Source: Octopus sinensis
Taxonomy: Eukaryota
Assembly (NCBI RefSeq): GCF_006345805.1
Contig: NW_021836928.1
Coordinates: 1 to 22,510 of the forward strand
Length of the DNA: 22,510 nt
Direction of reading: 5' to 3'
Position numbers and translations under genes: made by a program. Positions within the stretch are counted from its first letter, which is position 1, and every line of letters starts with the position of its first letter. The notes under the pieces were generated by a model. It had not been told where the DNA came from, made no database searches, and worked only from the letters and a program-made list of their open reading frames with translations. Shown here piece after piece: positions 21,488-22,510 of this stretch.

Positions 21488-21599
21488 GGGTGGTGGTGTG
21501 ATATCGCTTAGGTGTTGCGATATAAATAACATTTGCTAGTGCTCAATGTCCTTATGTTTTAGAGTAAAGAATCCAGAAGATACAGAGCAATTCTCTTTC

Positions 21600-21771
21600 G
21601 GTCGGTGATCTGGCAGAGTCGTTAGCATGTCGAGCAAATTGCTTCGCCGCATCTCGTTGGTCTTCGCGTTTTGAGTTCAAATTCTGCCGATGTCGACTTT
21701 GTCTGATATCCTTTCGGAATCGAAAAAAAGTGTAGCAGATGAGCAACTGGTGCCTATGTAATCGACTTGTC
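21600..21771 (+). mobile_element. tRNA-derived SINE family A, 3'-truncated
   Basis: A-box-like tggcagagtcg (21611-21621), B box gagttcaaattc (21673-21684), gtcgacttt, ending at taatcgacttgtc. Confidence 0.8.
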
Positions 21772-21779
21772 TAACTCAC

Positions 21780-22510
21780 TCGAACTTGTTGTAGCAGAAA
21801 ATGTGGATGTCGATGTCTAGAAAGAGAAACACAATGGGCGGGACAAAGAAGATCCATGGTGGAAAAGAAGAATCCAGACAGAGCTTGGCATGCTCCCGAA
21901 GGAAACCTCTGTGCAAGACCGAAAAGAGAAAAGGGAGCTTAAAAGCGAACAAAAGTACAGTGTGATGAAAAGGAAATATAATATTAAAAGAAAGGGCCTG
22001 AAAGTAGTAGCGGGGAACCTGAAACAGCGCCTCGTTGCAAAGAAAGCAAAGATGATAAGATACGACCAAAGAATGGAGAGTTACCATCAGAATAGGTTAT
22101 TCAAAGTAGATCAGAAGAGATTCTATAAAGAAATAAATGGAAAGTGTACAGATTAAAAGCTGATACCAAATAACATTGGGATTCAAAGGACTTGGAGTGA
22201 CATCAGGAGCAAAGACAAGGAGTACATGAAGAATGCAAGTACTGAAAGAAACAGTAGTCTTTCCAAATCAGGCAGAACTAGTCATTTCTGTTAGGAAATC
22301 AGCAAAAAAGAAAAAGAGCAACTGGTAGGTCCCGGGACCAGATGGAGTTCAAGGCTACTGGATCAAAAGATTTGGTGAATGTCATGCACAAATAGCTGCA
22401 CAACTCAACACCTTGTTAAATGCCGACCAAGTAACACCAGAGTGGCTGACAATGGGTAGGACAGTGCTGTGCTTGAAAAACATCGCAAAAGGCAATACGG
22501 TAGACAATTA
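21780..22510 (+). pseudogene. Decayed non-LTR retrotransposon ORF, R4/Dong-like, region leading into the reverse transcriptase domain; runs off the window
   Basis: VVAENVDV, DPWWKRRIQTEL, KQRLVAKKAKMIRYDQR, QNRLFKVDQKRFYKEING, TWSDI, SNW*VPGPDGVQGYWIK, TPEWLTMGRTVLCLK..KGNTVDN match my recollection of R4/Dong-clade ORFs. Stops at 21818, 22154 and 22326; frameshift near 22237. Confidence 0.85.

Overview
Eukaryotic, AT-rich, repeat-saturated DNA that is intergenic or intronic. The SINE types and extreme microsatellite load resemble Octopus (cephalopod) DNA; this is inferred from recalled repeat families, not from a search. I cannot support any host protein-coding gene, RNA gene or CRISPR array. 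Almost all ORFs in the track are translations of microsatellites or SINEs. Supported content: many tRNA-derived SINE copies of three families (labelled A, B, C here), including a dimeric copy and a head-to-tail array; a decayed, internally deleted mariner transposase with one TIR; a decayed R4/Dong-like non-LTR retrotransposon ORF running off the right edge; a 426-bp MITE with 20-bp perfect TIRs and an 8-bp TSD; a 236-bp spacer-less palindrome; an exact 162-bp direct repeat; and a minimal hammerhead-ribozyme-like motif of the Penelope type, plus several degenerate look-alikes. The best leads are the hammerhead-like motif and palindrome, the exact SINE-anchored duplication, and the GG-ended MITE. 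None is demonstrated to be a new system.
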